DNA from: Alphaproteobacteria bacterium | Lineage (GTDB): Bacteria; Pseudomonadota; Alphaproteobacteria; GCA-2731375 | Direction of reading: 5' to 3' | Length of the DNA stretch: 64,000 bases | Assembly (NCBI GenBank): GCA_965232515.1 | Contig: CBDDPY010000002.1 | Coordinates: forward strand, 3,968,001 to 4,032,000 | Shown here: positions 28,255 through 39,345 of the stretch, piece after piece | How positions within the stretch are numbered: the first letter of the stretch is position 1 | Layout: the number at the start of each line of letters is the position of its first letter | The notes under the pieces: generated by a model | Told to the model about the DNA's origin: nothing | What the model saw: only the letters and a program-made list of their open reading frames with translations | Databases searched by the model: none | Position numbers and translations under genes: made by a program

Positions 28255-28779
28255 ATGCCCTTCGATCCCGCCGCCCAGCCGCCCGGTCTCGCCGAGCCAA
28301 TCGACGACTTCGATCCCGATCCGGCCGACCTGCTGGCGCGCGGCGTGGCGCGGCTGTTGACCGGTCTCGGTTACGCCAGCCTCACCGAGTTCACCCTGCG
28401 CTCGGGCCGCCGCGCCGACGTCGCCGGGCTCGACAAGAAGGGCCGCCTGCTGATCGTCGAGATCAAGCGCTCGCTCGCCGACTTCCGGGCCGACGCGAAA
28501 TGGCCGGACTATCTCGACTATTGCGATCTCTTCTATTTCGCCGTGCCGCAGGGCTTTCCGCTCGACGTGCTGCCCGACGACACCGGCCTGATGCTGGCCG
28601 ACCGCTACGGCGCCGAGATCGTCCGCCCGGCGGCCGCGGCGCAGACGGCGCTGCACGCCAGCCGCCGCCGCGAGGTCATCAACCGCTTCGCCCGCAGCGC
28701 TGCCACCCGACTGACCCAGCTCCACGACCCGCAGCCCGAAACCCCCGCCGCCGGCCACCGCCGCGGCCTCAGTCTCTGA
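28255..28779 (+). CDS. mmcB: MmcB family DNA repair protein (PD-(D/E)XK)
   Basis: ARGVARL, EFTLRSGRRAD, IVEIK.S.ADFRAD.KW.DY..YCD.FYFAV; SOS box upstream. Confidence 0.92.
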   Translation: MPFDPAAQPPGLAEPIDDFDPDPADLLARGVARLLTGLGYASLTEFTLRSGRRADVAGLDKKGRLLIVEIKRSLADFRADAKWPDYLDYCDLFYFAVPQGFPLDVLPDDTGLMLADRYGAEIVRPAAAAQTALHASRRREVINRFARSAATRLTQLHDPQPETPAAGHRRGLSL

Positions 28780-28801
28780 GCGGCCCGCGTTCCGTTGGAC
28801 G

Positions 28802-29419
28802 TCATCGGGAACTGACCCAGAGCACGACGGCGTCGTCGTCTCCCTCGGACACACAGGCATGGCCCATCTGGCAGTCGTAGTAGACGCTGTCGCCCGGCTG
28901 CAGGCGCACCGGCTCGTAGAACTCGGTGTAGAGGATCGCCGTCCCGGACAGGACATACATGAAGTCCTCGGTGTCATGCCGATCCCAGTCGTCGAATTCA
29001 TCGAGCGAGCGAGCGTGCAGCACCAGCTCGAACGGCAGGAACGATTTGTGGGCAAGCTCGGCGGCCAGCGGCACATAACTGTAGTTCGCCGTCTGGTGCA
29101 CCGGACCGTCGCCCTTGCGCGTGACGCAGCGCCGGCTCGCGGCTCGGGCGTCGCTCGGCGCCGACAGCAGTTGCGCGACATCAAGCACAAACCCATTGGC
29201 CAGCTTCTTCAGCGCATCGAATGTCGGCGACATCTTGCCCTTCTCGATCTTGTACAGCGACGACGGCGACAAACCCGCGCGATGACTGGCTTCATCGAGG
29301 CTCCAGCCGCGTTCCCGGCGCAGCTCGCGAACACGCCGGCCAAGGTCGAGGGCGGTCACGCCGGCCGTTGTCTCCGGCGGCGCATTTTCGCGGAAGGACA
29401 GAACCCGCGGATTTGGCAT
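28802..29419 (-). CDS. XRE-HTH + cupin transcriptional regulator
   Basis: LGRRVRELR...SLYKIEKGKMSPT; H..EDFMYVLSG...LQPGDSVYYD..MGH. Confidence 0.92.
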   Translation of the reverse strand: MPNPRVLSFRENAPPETTAGVTALDLGRRVRELRRERGWSLDEASHRAGLSPSSLYKIEKGKMSPTFDALKKLANGFVLDVAQLLSAPSDARAASRRCVTRKGDGPVHQTANYSYVPLAAELAHKSFLPFELVLHARSLDEFDDWDRHDTEDFMYVLSGTAILYTEFYEPVRLQPGDSVYYDCQMGHACVSEGDDDAVVLWVSSR

Positions 29420-29500
29420 GAACGAAAGCCCTTTTCGAGACGGCGGCACCCCGATTGACGGAGCAAGACCAAGCAGTTTTTTTATCGCAAAGTGACGATC

Positions 29501-29518
29501 TTAGTATTATAATACTAA
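29501..29518. promoter_or_regulatory. Perfect 18-bp AT-rich palindrome (putative operator)
   Basis: TTAGTATTATAATACTAA between divergent XRE and cupin genes. Confidence 0.7.
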
Positions 29519-29546
29519 ATCTGATCATTTTGGAAGAGAGGTCGAC

Positions 29547-29948
29547 ATGATCCGCGCCGTCACCATCGATCGGGAAATCAAGGACCTCACGCCGATCGCA
29601 AACCGGGGTCCGCAGACCCCCGTAGACGACGTCGAAGCCGCGTTCGCGACGCTGGGCAGCGGCGATTTCCTGAACGCCGGCATCTTCCTCGGCAGCTTCG
29701 ACGGCGAATCCGGCTGGGAACGTCATGTCACGGGCGACGAGCTGGTCCAGGTCGTCGCCGGCGAGACCGAATTCGAGATCATCGTCGACGACCACAAGCA
29801 GACTCTCGAGCTCTCCGCGGGCATGCTCCTCATCGTCCCCCGCGGCTGCTGGCATCGCTTCCGGTCCCGGAACGGCGTGACGGTTCTGACCGCCACACCG
29901 CAGTCGGACGAAGAGCACATGTTCGTCGACGATCCGCGCGAGCTTTAG
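29547..29948 (+). CDS. Cupin domain protein
   Basis: WERHVTGDELV.V..G, IVPRGCWHR. Confidence 0.9.
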   Translation: MIRAVTIDREIKDLTPIANRGPQTPVDDVEAAFATLGSGDFLNAGIFLGSFDGESGWERHVTGDELVQVVAGETEFEIIVDDHKQTLELSAGMLLIVPRGCWHRFRSRNGVTVLTATPQSDEEHMFVDDPREL

Positions 29949-30095
29949 GGCAAGATCAGCAAGGCGTGGCGCGCACTTGGATCAATGCTGGGCTCGTTCA
30001 CCGGCCGACATCGCCAACGATATTGTCACGCGCACCGACTGGGTGATCGGCGCGGATTAGGCTAGGCTGTTCGGATAACAGCGAGGCCTGCCGAG

Positions 30096-31349
<1,254 letters not shown>

Positions 31350-31416
31350 GTCAGGCGACCAACGCTCAAGGACAGGCTAAGATCGCCGAATCTGCCCTCC
31401 CGTTTGTTGGGGTTAC

Positions 31417-32709
31417 ATGCGGGTTCTGGTTCTCGGCGCCAACGGATTTGTCGGTTCGGCCATTGTCGCCGCGCTGATCCGCGCCGACATCGAGGTGCGG
31501 GGCGTGGTTCGCGATCCCAACAAACTGGCAAGACGGTTCCCTGACATCGACGTATTCAAGGCCGACCTCCTGGACGCGTCGGCGCGGGAGTCCGGCTTCT
31601 GGCTGCCGGCGCTCGATGGCGTTGACGCCGTCGTCAATGCGGCCGGCGTGCTGCAGCCACGCCGGCAGCGCGACACCTGGGCGGTTCACGTCGAGGCGCC
31701 GGACGCGCTCTACGCCGCCTGCGTGCAGCTGGGTATCAAGCGGGTCATCCAGATATCGGCCATCGGCGTCGAGGAAGCGGCCACCGTCTACGCGCGCTCG
31801 AAACGGACGGGCGATGACAGGCTCATGGCCCGCAACCTCGACTGGACGATCCTGCGGCCCGTCATCGTCATCGGCCACGGCTCCTATGGCGGCACCTCGA
31901 TGCTGCGCGCCATCGCCGTCTTTCCCTGGGTCACGCCGGTCATCGGCGACGGCGGCAACGCGCTGGAGTTCATTCACAAGGACGACTTGGCGGCGGCCGT
32001 TGTCAACCTGCTGTCGACCGGCGCGGCCAAACGACAGATCCTCGAACCCGCGAGCCCGGAACGCCTTACCCTGCTGGAGGCAGTCCGCGCCTACCGGCGC
32101 TGGCTCGGACGCCGGCAGGGACCGGTGGTCGGCGTTCCGAACTGGTGCGTAACGGCCCTGGCGCGCCTGGGCGATATCGTCAAGCTCGATCCCATTACGA
32201 CCACGGCAATTGCGCAGTTCAGGGCAAGGCTGACGGGCGACGCCGCCGGTTTCGAGGCGGCGACTGGCGTCTGCGCCCGCGGCCTGCAAGCCGTCTTGGC
32301 GGACCGGCCCGCCGAATCCCAGGATCTCTGGCACGCGCGCCTCTACCTCGTCCGGCCGATCGTCCGCTTCACGTTGGCCGTGCTGTGGCTGGTCTCGGGC
32401 CTGCTCGGCCTGTTCGCAGATCCCGCGCGCTACGTCGCGATATTCGCGCCGATCACCGAGAACCAGACGTTCGCAACGGCGCTCGCCGTTTTGACGAGCC
32501 TGATCGATCTGGCCATCGCCGCCGCCCTGTTGCTCGGCTGGCGGTTGAAGGCGGTCGCCGACGTTCAGCTGGTCGTCGTTCTCGGCTACACGGCGGCGCT
32601 CAGTCTGCTGTCGCCGGCCCTTTGGGGCGATCTGTTCGGCGGCCTGCTGAAGAACCTGCCGATCATTGCCTTGATCCTGGTGCACCGGATACTGGAAGAA
32701 GAGCGGTGA
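31417..32709 (+). CDS. Atypical SDR/NAD(P)H-binding protein fused to DoxX-like membrane domain
   Basis: LGANGFVG, ISAIG, YARSK; C-terminal TMs ending P.LWGDLFGGLLKNLP. Confidence 0.88.
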   Translation: MRVLVLGANGFVGSAIVAALIRADIEVRGVVRDPNKLARRFPDIDVFKADLLDASARESGFWLPALDGVDAVVNAAGVLQPRRQRDTWAVHVEAPDALYAACVQLGIKRVIQISAIGVEEAATVYARSKRTGDDRLMARNLDWTILRPVIVIGHGSYGGTSMLRAIAVFPWVTPVIGDGGNALEFIHKDDLAAAVVNLLSTGAAKRQILEPASPERLTLLEAVRAYRRWLGRRQGPVVGVPNWCVTALARLGDIVKLDPITTTAIAQFRARLTGDAAGFEAATGVCARGLQAVLADRPAESQDLWHARLYLVRPIVRFTLAVLWLVSGLLGLFADPARYVAIFAPITENQTFATALAVLTSLIDLAIAAALLLGWRLKAVADVQLVVVLGYTAALSLLSPALWGDLFGGLLKNLPIIALILVHRILEEER

Positions 32710-33182
32710 GCGATCCGTACCTCTGGATCAGATGGGTGCATATCCTGAGCGCGACCGTTCTGTTCGGCACCGGCCTCGGCACCGCCTTCCATATGTTCGC
32801 GACGCACCTGCGCGGCGACGTCAATGCCATCGCCGCGACGACCCGAAACACGGTCCTCGCCGACTGGCTGTTCACCGCCGTCGCCGGCGTCGTGCAGCCG
32901 CTTACCGGCCTGCTCATGGTCTATCTCGCCGGCTACGACCCGTTCGAAAGCTGGCTGGTCGCGACCTATGCGCTCTATGTCGTCGCCGGGATTTGCTGGC
33001 TGAAGGTCGTGCAGCTGCAATATCGCATGCGCCGCCTTGCCGTTCGTGCGGCCGAGAATGGCGATGCCCTGCCGCCCCAATATCACGACGCCATGCGCCT
33101 CTGGTTCATCCTCGGCTGGCCGGCGTTCGTCAGTCTCGTGATCGTCTTCGCGCTGATGGTGATGCGCCCCGAAATCTGGTGA
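32706..33182 (+). CDS. DUF2269 family membrane protein
   Basis: GTGA overlap; HILSATVLFGTGLGTAF, ADWLFT, WFILGWPAF, LMVMRP. Confidence 0.88.
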   Translation: MSDPYLWIRWVHILSATVLFGTGLGTAFHMFATHLRGDVNAIAATTRNTVLADWLFTAVAGVVQPLTGLLMVYLAGYDPFESWLVATYALYVVAGICWLKVVQLQYRMRRLAVRAAENGDALPPQYHDAMRLWFILGWPAFVSLVIVFALMVMRPEIW

Positions 33183-33195
33183 GGCCGGCGGCACG

Positions 33196-33780
33196 TCAGT
33201 CGGCCGAAGGTGGATTGGCCGGCGATATGCCGGCTGCCGCGGCCTCGAACACGCTGGTGTCGTCGAGGGAGCGGGCCATCAGCATGGCGCCTTCGAGCAC
33301 GGCGATGATGCGGATCGCGGCCGCCCGGCTTTCGTCCGGCGATCGCTTTGATTCAGCGCGCGCGAAGACCCGTACCAGCCAGTCGATGTTGCGGCCGAAG
33401 AACAGCTTGGCCTCGGCGGCGACGGACGGCGGCAGGTATGCGACCTCGGCGCCGAACATGCCGCAGAGGCACATCAGCCCCTCGTCGACCAGCGAGCTGC
33501 GATAGGCGTCGACATATCGGCGGAGCAACTCGTTGGGCGCCATCGACGGGTCGTCGGGATCGCCGAGCCCGTCCAGAAAACGTTCCGTGTAGCGTCGGGC
33601 GAGCGCCACGCCCAGATCGTCCTTGCCCGGGAAATGGTAGTGGACGCTCGCCGCCTTGATGCCGACCTGCTTGGCGATCTCGCGGAAGCTGAAGCCGTTA
33701 TACCCCCCGGTCCGGGCCATGCGCTCGGCCACGTCTAGGATCTCGTCCGCTTTTGCTGATCGTACGGGCATCGTCCGCAT
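33196..33780 (-). CDS. TetR family regulator (NemR-like)
   Basis: GYNGFSFREIA..VGIKAASVHYHFPGKDDL, MCLCG. Confidence 0.92.
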   Translation of the reverse strand: MRTMPVRSAKADEILDVAERMARTGGYNGFSFREIAKQVGIKAASVHYHFPGKDDLGVALARRYTERFLDGLGDPDDPSMAPNELLRRYVDAYRSSLVDEGLMCLCGMFGAEVAYLPPSVAAEAKLFFGRNIDWLVRVFARAESKRSPDESRAAAIRIIAVLEGAMLMARSLDDTSVFEAAAAGISPANPPSAD

Positions 33781-33790
33781 CCAGATTCTT

Positions 33791-33866
33791 TCTACCACAC
33801 GTTAGATAGGGGTTGACCTCGGCCGGAGCAATGCCATATCGGCGTTATCTACCTATCGTTAGATAA
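33791..33866. promoter_or_regulatory. Two TCTACC-N4-GTTAGA operator sites between TetR and SDR
   Basis: TCTACCACACGTTAGA (33791) and TTATCTACCTATCGTTAGATAA (33845-33866). Confidence 0.7.
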
Positions 33867-33881
33867 ATTAGGAGAACGATC

Positions 33882-34658
33882 ATGACCACCACGCCCAACA
33901 GCGTCGCCCTCGTTGTCGGCGGTTCCAGCGGCATGGGCCTGGAAACGGCCCGCCTGCTGCGCGCACGCGGCCTCGACCTGATCCTGCTGTCGTCCAATGT
34001 CGAAAAGCTCGAGGCGGCCCGCGCCGATCTTGCGGCCCAACCCGGCGGCGCCATCGACATCGAGGCCGTCGACCTCTACGACCAACCCGCCGTCGGCGCC
34101 TTCATCGCCCGGCTCGATGCCGAGCCCCGGCACGTCACGCATCTGGTGAACGCCGCCGGTACTTTCAAACCGACGCCGTTCCTCGAACACACGCCGACCG
34201 ACTACGACGCCTATCTCGGCCTCAACCGTGCGCTGTTCTTCATCACCCAGGCCGTCGCCCGCAACATGGCCAGACACGGCGGCGGCGGCATCGTCAACAT
34301 CGGCTCGATGTGGGCGCAGCAGGCGATCAAAGCGACGCCCTCGTCCGCGTATTCCATGGCCAAGGCCGGCCTGCACGCGCTGACCCAGCACCTCGCCATG
34401 GAGCTGGCCGACAACGGCATTCGCGTGAACGCGGTCTCGCCGGCGGTCGTCGTCACGCCGATCTACGGCGCCTTCATCGACCCGGCCGAGATCGAGGACA
34501 CGCTGACATCGGGCTTCGGCGCGTTCCACCCGATCGGCCGCGTCGGCCGGCCGGAAGAGATCGCCAAAACCGTCGACTTCCTGCTGTCGGACGACGCGGG
34601 CTGGGTCACCGGCGCCGTCTGGGACATCGACGGCGGCGTCATGGCCGGCCGCAACTGA
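33882..34658 (+). CDS. SDR oxidoreductase
   Basis: GGSSGMG, NIGSMWA, YSMAK, DIDGG; AGGAG RBS. Confidence 0.93.
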   Translation: MTTTPNSVALVVGGSSGMGLETARLLRARGLDLILLSSNVEKLEAARADLAAQPGGAIDIEAVDLYDQPAVGAFIARLDAEPRHVTHLVNAAGTFKPTPFLEHTPTDYDAYLGLNRALFFITQAVARNMARHGGGGIVNIGSMWAQQAIKATPSSAYSMAKAGLHALTQHLAMELADNGIRVNAVSPAVVVTPIYGAFIDPAEIEDTLTSGFGAFHPIGRVGRPEEIAKTVDFLLSDDAGWVTGAVWDIDGGVMAGRN

Positions 34659-34822
34659 CACGGCCGCGGCCAGATCCGGATCGAGATTGTCCACCGGTCT
34701 CGGGCGACCTCGATCCGGCTGCCGGCCGGTCGTTGATATCGATCATGGGCGGAATCCCGTTCGCGGCTAGGGTCGGCCCGGCGGTCGCGGATCGGCGGTC
34801 GCGGCGAACAGGGGTCGAGGTC

Positions 34823-35323
34823 ATGGTCGCGAAGACGAAGGCGGAGCTCATTGCCGTCGCCGAGAAGGAATTCGACAAGCTGCAGACGCTGCTGGCCGAC
34901 ATCGACCGGGACCTGGCCCAGACGCCGCACCCCGACGACGGCATCTCGGTCAAGGACACGCTGGCGCATCGCGCCCACTGGATCGACCTGTTCTTCGGCT
35001 GGTACGAAAACGGCGTCGCCGGCAAGCCCGTGCACGTGCCGGCAGAGGGCTACAACTGGAGCCAGCTCAAAGCCTACAACGCCAAGGTGCGCGAGCAAAC
35101 GGCGGGCCTGTCGTGGGACGAGGCCAAGACCCGGCTCGCGGCGGGTCACGAACGGCTGATGCATTTCATCGCCGATCGCGGCGACGACGACCTCTACGGC
35201 CCGCGAAAATACGACTGGCAGGGCAACTATAAACTCGGCCGCTGGGCGGAATCGGCCGGTCCCAGCCATTACCGCTCGGCCGCCAAGTATATCCGCGAGA
35301 TCAAACGTAAACTGGCCGACTGA
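34823..35323 (+). CDS. ClbS/DfsB (DUF1706) family four-helix bundle protein
   Basis: TKAELI, KDTLAHRAHW...WY..G, PAEGYNW, SHYRSA.KYIR. Confidence 0.82.
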   Translation: MVAKTKAELIAVAEKEFDKLQTLLADIDRDLAQTPHPDDGISVKDTLAHRAHWIDLFFGWYENGVAGKPVHVPAEGYNWSQLKAYNAKVREQTAGLSWDEAKTRLAAGHERLMHFIADRGDDDLYGPRKYDWQGNYKLGRWAESAGPSHYRSAAKYIREIKRKLAD

Positions 35324-36572
35324 CGTCCAGGATCAGATCGGCAGCGGCCACGGCGCCGGCTTCCGATCGCAACCGTTCGCTCAGCGCTTGCGCCTTTTCC
35401 TGAAGAGACGTCGACTGTAGGGCCTGCAGCGCCGCTGAAAATCCGTCCACGTCCAGGCGTTTCAGCGGAATTGGCGCGGGCCCCACGCCCAGCCGTTCGA
35501 CGGCCCGACCCCAGAACGGCTGATCGCCGAAGACCGGACAGACCAGCGTCGGCCGGCCCCAGCGCACGCCCTCGTGCGTCGTGCCGGCGCCGCCGTGATG
35601 GACGACGGCGCGGCAGCGCGGAAACAACCAGTCGTGCGGCGCCCCGTCGATAACATGAATGTCGCCGCCGGCGGCCACGCCCGACAGCGCGCCCCAGCCC
35701 TTCGCGACAATGGCTCGCGTCTTGGTTTGCCGCAACGCCGTCATCACCACCGACGCCGTGCGTTCGCCGTCGACCGACGGCATGCTGCCGAAACCCACAT
35801 AGACCGGCGGCAGCCCCGAGCCGAGAAAGGCCGCGAGGTCTGCCGGCGGGTCCCAGTCGGCCGTCGGCCCGTGGAACCAATAGCCCGTCACATGCTCGTC
35901 CGCGCCCCAGTCCGCCGGCTTCGGCACGATATGGCGGCTGTGGCCATGCAGGCGCGGGACCGCGCGCGCGTTCGGGTGATAGCCGCGCAACGGGTCAAGA
36001 CCGGGACGCGCCGGCACGTCCGGATGCCGCGGCAGCCACTTGCGAAGGATCGCGCGATAACCGAGGCGCATCAGCCCCGTCATCGCCCGGCCCGACAGCC
36101 GGTTGCCGAGCCGCCCGAGATCGGGCAGCGGCACGATCGGGTTCGGGAAGGCGCCGGTCGGAACGAACGCCGGCTGCAGGAATGCCGGCACGGCGACGGC
36201 GCCGAGCTTACGCGCGAACCAAGGCGCGGCGAATGCCTTCATGTTGTAGACGATGATCTGCGGCGCCGCTTGGCGGGCCACATCCCACATCTCGTCGAGC
36301 TGACGCTGCATCAGCGCCTGGCTCGACCGGAACGCCGTCAGCCACCCGCGCGGGGACGTCAGTGCCGCCTTGACCTCGGGCGAGTCGACCATCGCCTGCA
36401 TGTCGATCGACAGCGGCGCCGGCGTCAGCCCCTGTGCCGCGATCAGATCGTCGAACCCCTGTCCGGTCGACAGCGTGACGGCGTGCCCCCGCGCCGTCAG
36501 CGCCGCGCCCAACGCCACGAAGGGCTGCACGTCGCCCCGCGACCCGAATGTCAGGATCAGAATGTTCGCCAC
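35301..36572 (-). CDS. GT1 glycosyltransferase (sterol/lipid glucosyltransferase-like)
   Basis: GSRGDVQPF, PVYVGFGS, PHDWLFP...VVHHGGAGTT, FGDQPFWG. Confidence 0.92.
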   Translation of the reverse strand: MANILILTFGSRGDVQPFVALGAALTARGHAVTLSTGQGFDDLIAAQGLTPAPLSIDMQAMVDSPEVKAALTSPRGWLTAFRSSQALMQRQLDEMWDVARQAAPQIIVYNMKAFAAPWFARKLGAVAVPAFLQPAFVPTGAFPNPIVPLPDLGRLGNRLSGRAMTGLMRLGYRAILRKWLPRHPDVPARPGLDPLRGYHPNARAVPRLHGHSRHIVPKPADWGADEHVTGYWFHGPTADWDPPADLAAFLGSGLPPVYVGFGSMPSVDGERTASVVMTALRQTKTRAIVAKGWGALSGVAAGGDIHVIDGAPHDWLFPRCRAVVHHGGAGTTHEGVRWGRPTLVCPVFGDQPFWGRAVERLGVGPAPIPLKRLDVDGFSAALQALQSTSLQEKAQALSERLRSEAGAVAAADLILDVSRPVYV

Positions 36573-36594
36573 CGGGTACTCGGCTTTCGTCTCG

Positions 36595-37230
36595 TCAGTC
36601 GACGGCGCGGCCGCGCCAGGGGATCAACGCCGGCACGCGGGCGCGATAGGCGCGGTAGCGCGCGCCGTGCAGGCGGATCAGGTCCCGCTCCTCGAACCAG
36701 AGGCCGATGACGATATAGAGGCTGGCCCAAACGGCGAGCGCCAACCGCTCCTCGTCATCGACGATGCCCCAGAGGATCAGCACGAGACCGAAATAGAGCG
36801 GGTGCCGGACATAGCGGTGCAGGCCGTCAAGGCGCAGCGGCTCGTCCTCCGGCTCCGCGATCCCCCGCCGCCGGTTGCGCAACTGCCGGAGTCCCGTGAA
36901 GCGGTCGAGGTCGTAGCCGCGTCCCACCACGATCAGCACGCCGAACCCCGCCAGCACCACGGCCCAGCGCAGCACGTCAACCGCCAGCGGCCAGTCCCAA
37001 TGCGCGCCATGCCGGAACAGCACCTCGCCGGCGCCGATCACCACGCCGAACGTCGCAACTGCAAACACGCCGTACGCAAACCGATAGCCCGCCCCGAACA
37101 GCGGCCGCAGCCGCCGCTTGACCAACTCGCGCGCCAGCAGCGAGTGCAAAACCCCGAACCCGATCCAGACCAGCCCGTAGATCAGATGTGCTTCGAGACT
37201 TGCTGCCACGAACCTGTCAGTAGCATCCAT
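36595..37230 (-). CDS. ICMT/PEMT-like (NnrU/MddA-related) membrane methyltransferase family protein
   Basis: FGVLHSLLA, GLHRYVRHPLYFG, EERDL...G..Y..YRARVP. Confidence 0.8.
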   Translation of the reverse strand: MDATDRFVAASLEAHLIYGLVWIGFGVLHSLLARELVKRRLRPLFGAGYRFAYGVFAVATFGVVIGAGEVLFRHGAHWDWPLAVDVLRWAVVLAGFGVLIVVGRGYDLDRFTGLRQLRNRRRGIAEPEDEPLRLDGLHRYVRHPLYFGLVLILWGIVDDEERLALAVWASLYIVIGLWFEERDLIRLHGARYRAYRARVPALIPWRGRAVD

Positions 37231-37310
37231 ACTTCGCTCATCGTCGAAACAAACATTGGTGACCCGATGATAACGTCACCGCCACAGGCTAACAGGAAAG
37301 GGCAACGCAG

Positions 37311-37640
37311 ATGGAAGACGTCTCATTTACACTGCGGGCGCTGAACGACGGATTTGTCGTGGCGATCAACATCGAAGCGAAGCAGGACGAGGCCGACAAG
37401 GTAGCGGAGATCTTGCAGGGACTGGTGGCCCCGACCATGGCCGAACCCGGCGTCAAGCTGTTCCTGCCCTACCGCTCGCCGACCGACCCGGCGTCGTTCT
37501 TCATCTTCGAACTCTACGAAAACGAGACGGCCTGGAACGCGCACCAGGAAACAAACCATTTCAAGGAGGCCATCGAGGACCTCGTGCCCCGCGCCGCCCA
37601 CCGCGAACGCGTGCCGTTCGTTCCCTTCACGTCGGCCTAG
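37311..37640 (+). CDS. ABM-domain putative quinol monooxygenase
   Basis: AEPGV, FFIFELY...AHQETNHF. Confidence 0.88.
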   Translation: MEDVSFTLRALNDGFVVAINIEAKQDEADKVAEILQGLVAPTMAEPGVKLFLPYRSPTDPASFFIFELYENETAWNAHQETNHFKEAIEDLVPRAAHRERVPFVPFTSA

Positions 37641-37801
37641 GCCGCGGCGAAAGCTCAAAAACCAACGCATCGACCTCCGATCCGCCCACAGCGCAATTGA
37701 TCTGGCGCCGCGCAAGCGTTATGCACGGCGCCGGGTCATCTTTCGTCCGGCCGCCGCGCGGGCCGCGCCGTTGCCTGCAACCCCACATCGGGAGCTGTGA
37801 G

Positions 37802-38392
37802 ATGGACCAGACCAAGACCACCGACATCGTTATCCGCGCCGCGCGGCGCGCCGACGCGCGCGACATCGCCGAGCTGTTTCTGATTTCGTCGGACGGCCTC
37901 GCCACCTATATCTGGAGCCGCCTCGCCGAGCCGGGCCAGTCGCTGGAGGACGTCGGCGCCGCCCGCTACGCCCGCGACGGCGTCGCGTTTTCCTATCAGA
38001 ACTGCGAGGTCATGGAGTCCGACGGCGACGTCATCGCCATGGCGCACGCCTTTGTCATGGACCCGCGCGCGCCCGACGACGTCGAGGACGACCCGGTGCT
38101 CAAGCCCTATGCCGAGCTCGAGGATCCCGACAGCCTCTATCTATCGGGCCTGGCCGTGCGGCCGGAATTCCAGGGCCAGGGCCTCGGCAGCCAATTGCTG
38201 TACCGGGTGCACGACAACGCGGCAATGCTCGGCTGTCCGCGCGTCAGCCTGATCTGCTTCGAGCGCAACGAGGGCGCGTACCGGCTCTACCGGCGCGAAG
38301 GCTACACCGAGCTCGCCCGCCGCCCCCTCGTGCCGCACCCCAGCCTGCACTTCACCGACGGCGACATCCTACTGCTGGCGAAAACGCTTTAG
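37802..38392 (+). CDS. GNAT N-acetyltransferase
   Basis: LYLSGLAV.PEFQGQGLG, N.GA.RLY.R.GY. Confidence 0.9.
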   Translation: MDQTKTTDIVIRAARRADARDIAELFLISSDGLATYIWSRLAEPGQSLEDVGAARYARDGVAFSYQNCEVMESDGDVIAMAHAFVMDPRAPDDVEDDPVLKPYAELEDPDSLYLSGLAVRPEFQGQGLGSQLLYRVHDNAAMLGCPRVSLICFERNEGAYRLYRREGYTELARRPLVPHPSLHFTDGDILLLAKTL

Positions 38393-38413
38393 GCCGCGAC
38401 GGGATAACCGGCG

Positions 38414-39244
38414 TCAGACGGCCGCCGCCGCGTCGATCAACGCGCGGACAATGGGGCGGCGGTCCAACGACCGCCAGGCCAGGCTGGTTTCCATTGTGCC
38501 GAGCGCCTGCGCCTCGGCCGGATTCCCGAGCGCCGCCGTGGCGGCATGCGGGAAGCCGGCGGGCGCGACGAAATCGCCGTAACCGGCCTGCGACAAAACG
38601 ATGGCGCCGAGCACGGTGTCCGCCTCGACCGGCACGCCGCGGCCCGCGTCTTCACGGCCGAGCCGCCCCATCAGCACCGGCGCTTCGGCCCGCGGATAGT
38701 GGACCAGCGACGTCTCGCCGTCCTCGGGCCCGGCGTTGCTGCGCAGCAGCGGGCGGCTCGCCAGCAGCCGCTCCGACAGGCCGGCGCCGTGCAGCGGCGG
38801 ATGCACGAAGGCGGCGTCGATTTCGCGCTGTTCCAGCTTGGCCTCGAGCAGGGCCGTCGTGCTCTCGATCAGCCGGACGCGCGCCATGGGATGGGCCCGG
38901 CGAAAGGCGGCGAGGCATCCGGCCACGACCTGATAGGCCGCCACCTGGGTCATGCCGATCCGCAAGGTCTGGCCGTAACCCTGGCGCGCGCCCCGCACGG
39001 CGTCGGCCGTTTCGTCGGCCGCGTCCAGCACCCGGCGCGCACCCTCGACGAAGGCGAGCCCCGCCGCCGTCGGCTCGACCCCGCCCCGGCCGCGCTCGAA
39101 CAGCCGGGCGTCCAGCGCCGCTTCGATCCGGCGCAGGCGCGAGGTCAGCGCCGGCTGCGTGACGCCCAGACGGCGCGCCGCGCGGCCGAAATGCCGCTCC
39201 TCGAACAGCGCGATGACACAGCGATAGTCCTGAAGCGCCAGCAT
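38414..39244 (-). CDS. LysR family regulator
   Basis: HFGRAARRLGVTQPALT.RLRRIE..L...LFER; somewhat short effector domain. Confidence 0.9.
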   Translation of the reverse strand: MLALQDYRCVIALFEERHFGRAARRLGVTQPALTSRLRRIEAALDARLFERGRGGVEPTAAGLAFVEGARRVLDAADETADAVRGARQGYGQTLRIGMTQVAAYQVVAGCLAAFRRAHPMARVRLIESTTALLEAKLEQREIDAAFVHPPLHGAGLSERLLASRPLLRSNAGPEDGETSLVHYPRAEAPVLMGRLGREDAGRGVPVEADTVLGAIVLSQAGYGDFVAPAGFPHAATAALGNPAEAQALGTMETSLAWRSLDRRPIVRALIDAAAAV

Positions 39245-39245
39245 C

Positions 39246-39268
39246 TTCGATAACCATCGTTTATCGAA
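39246..39268. promoter_or_regulatory. LysR-type operator (ATAA-N7-TTAT)
   Basis: TTCGATAA-CCATCGT-TTATCGAA abutting the LysR start codon. Confidence 0.75.
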
Positions 39269-39345
39269 CTTATCGTTCAGTAATCTGGAAGTCCTGTCAT
39301 CGCAACCGACTTCTTCGGCATCGAACCGCTCTCGGGGAAGTCACC

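Noticed and set aside
34823-35323. Colibactin resistance or pks island
   Set aside because: The family is widespread; no clb genes here and specific activity cannot be inferred
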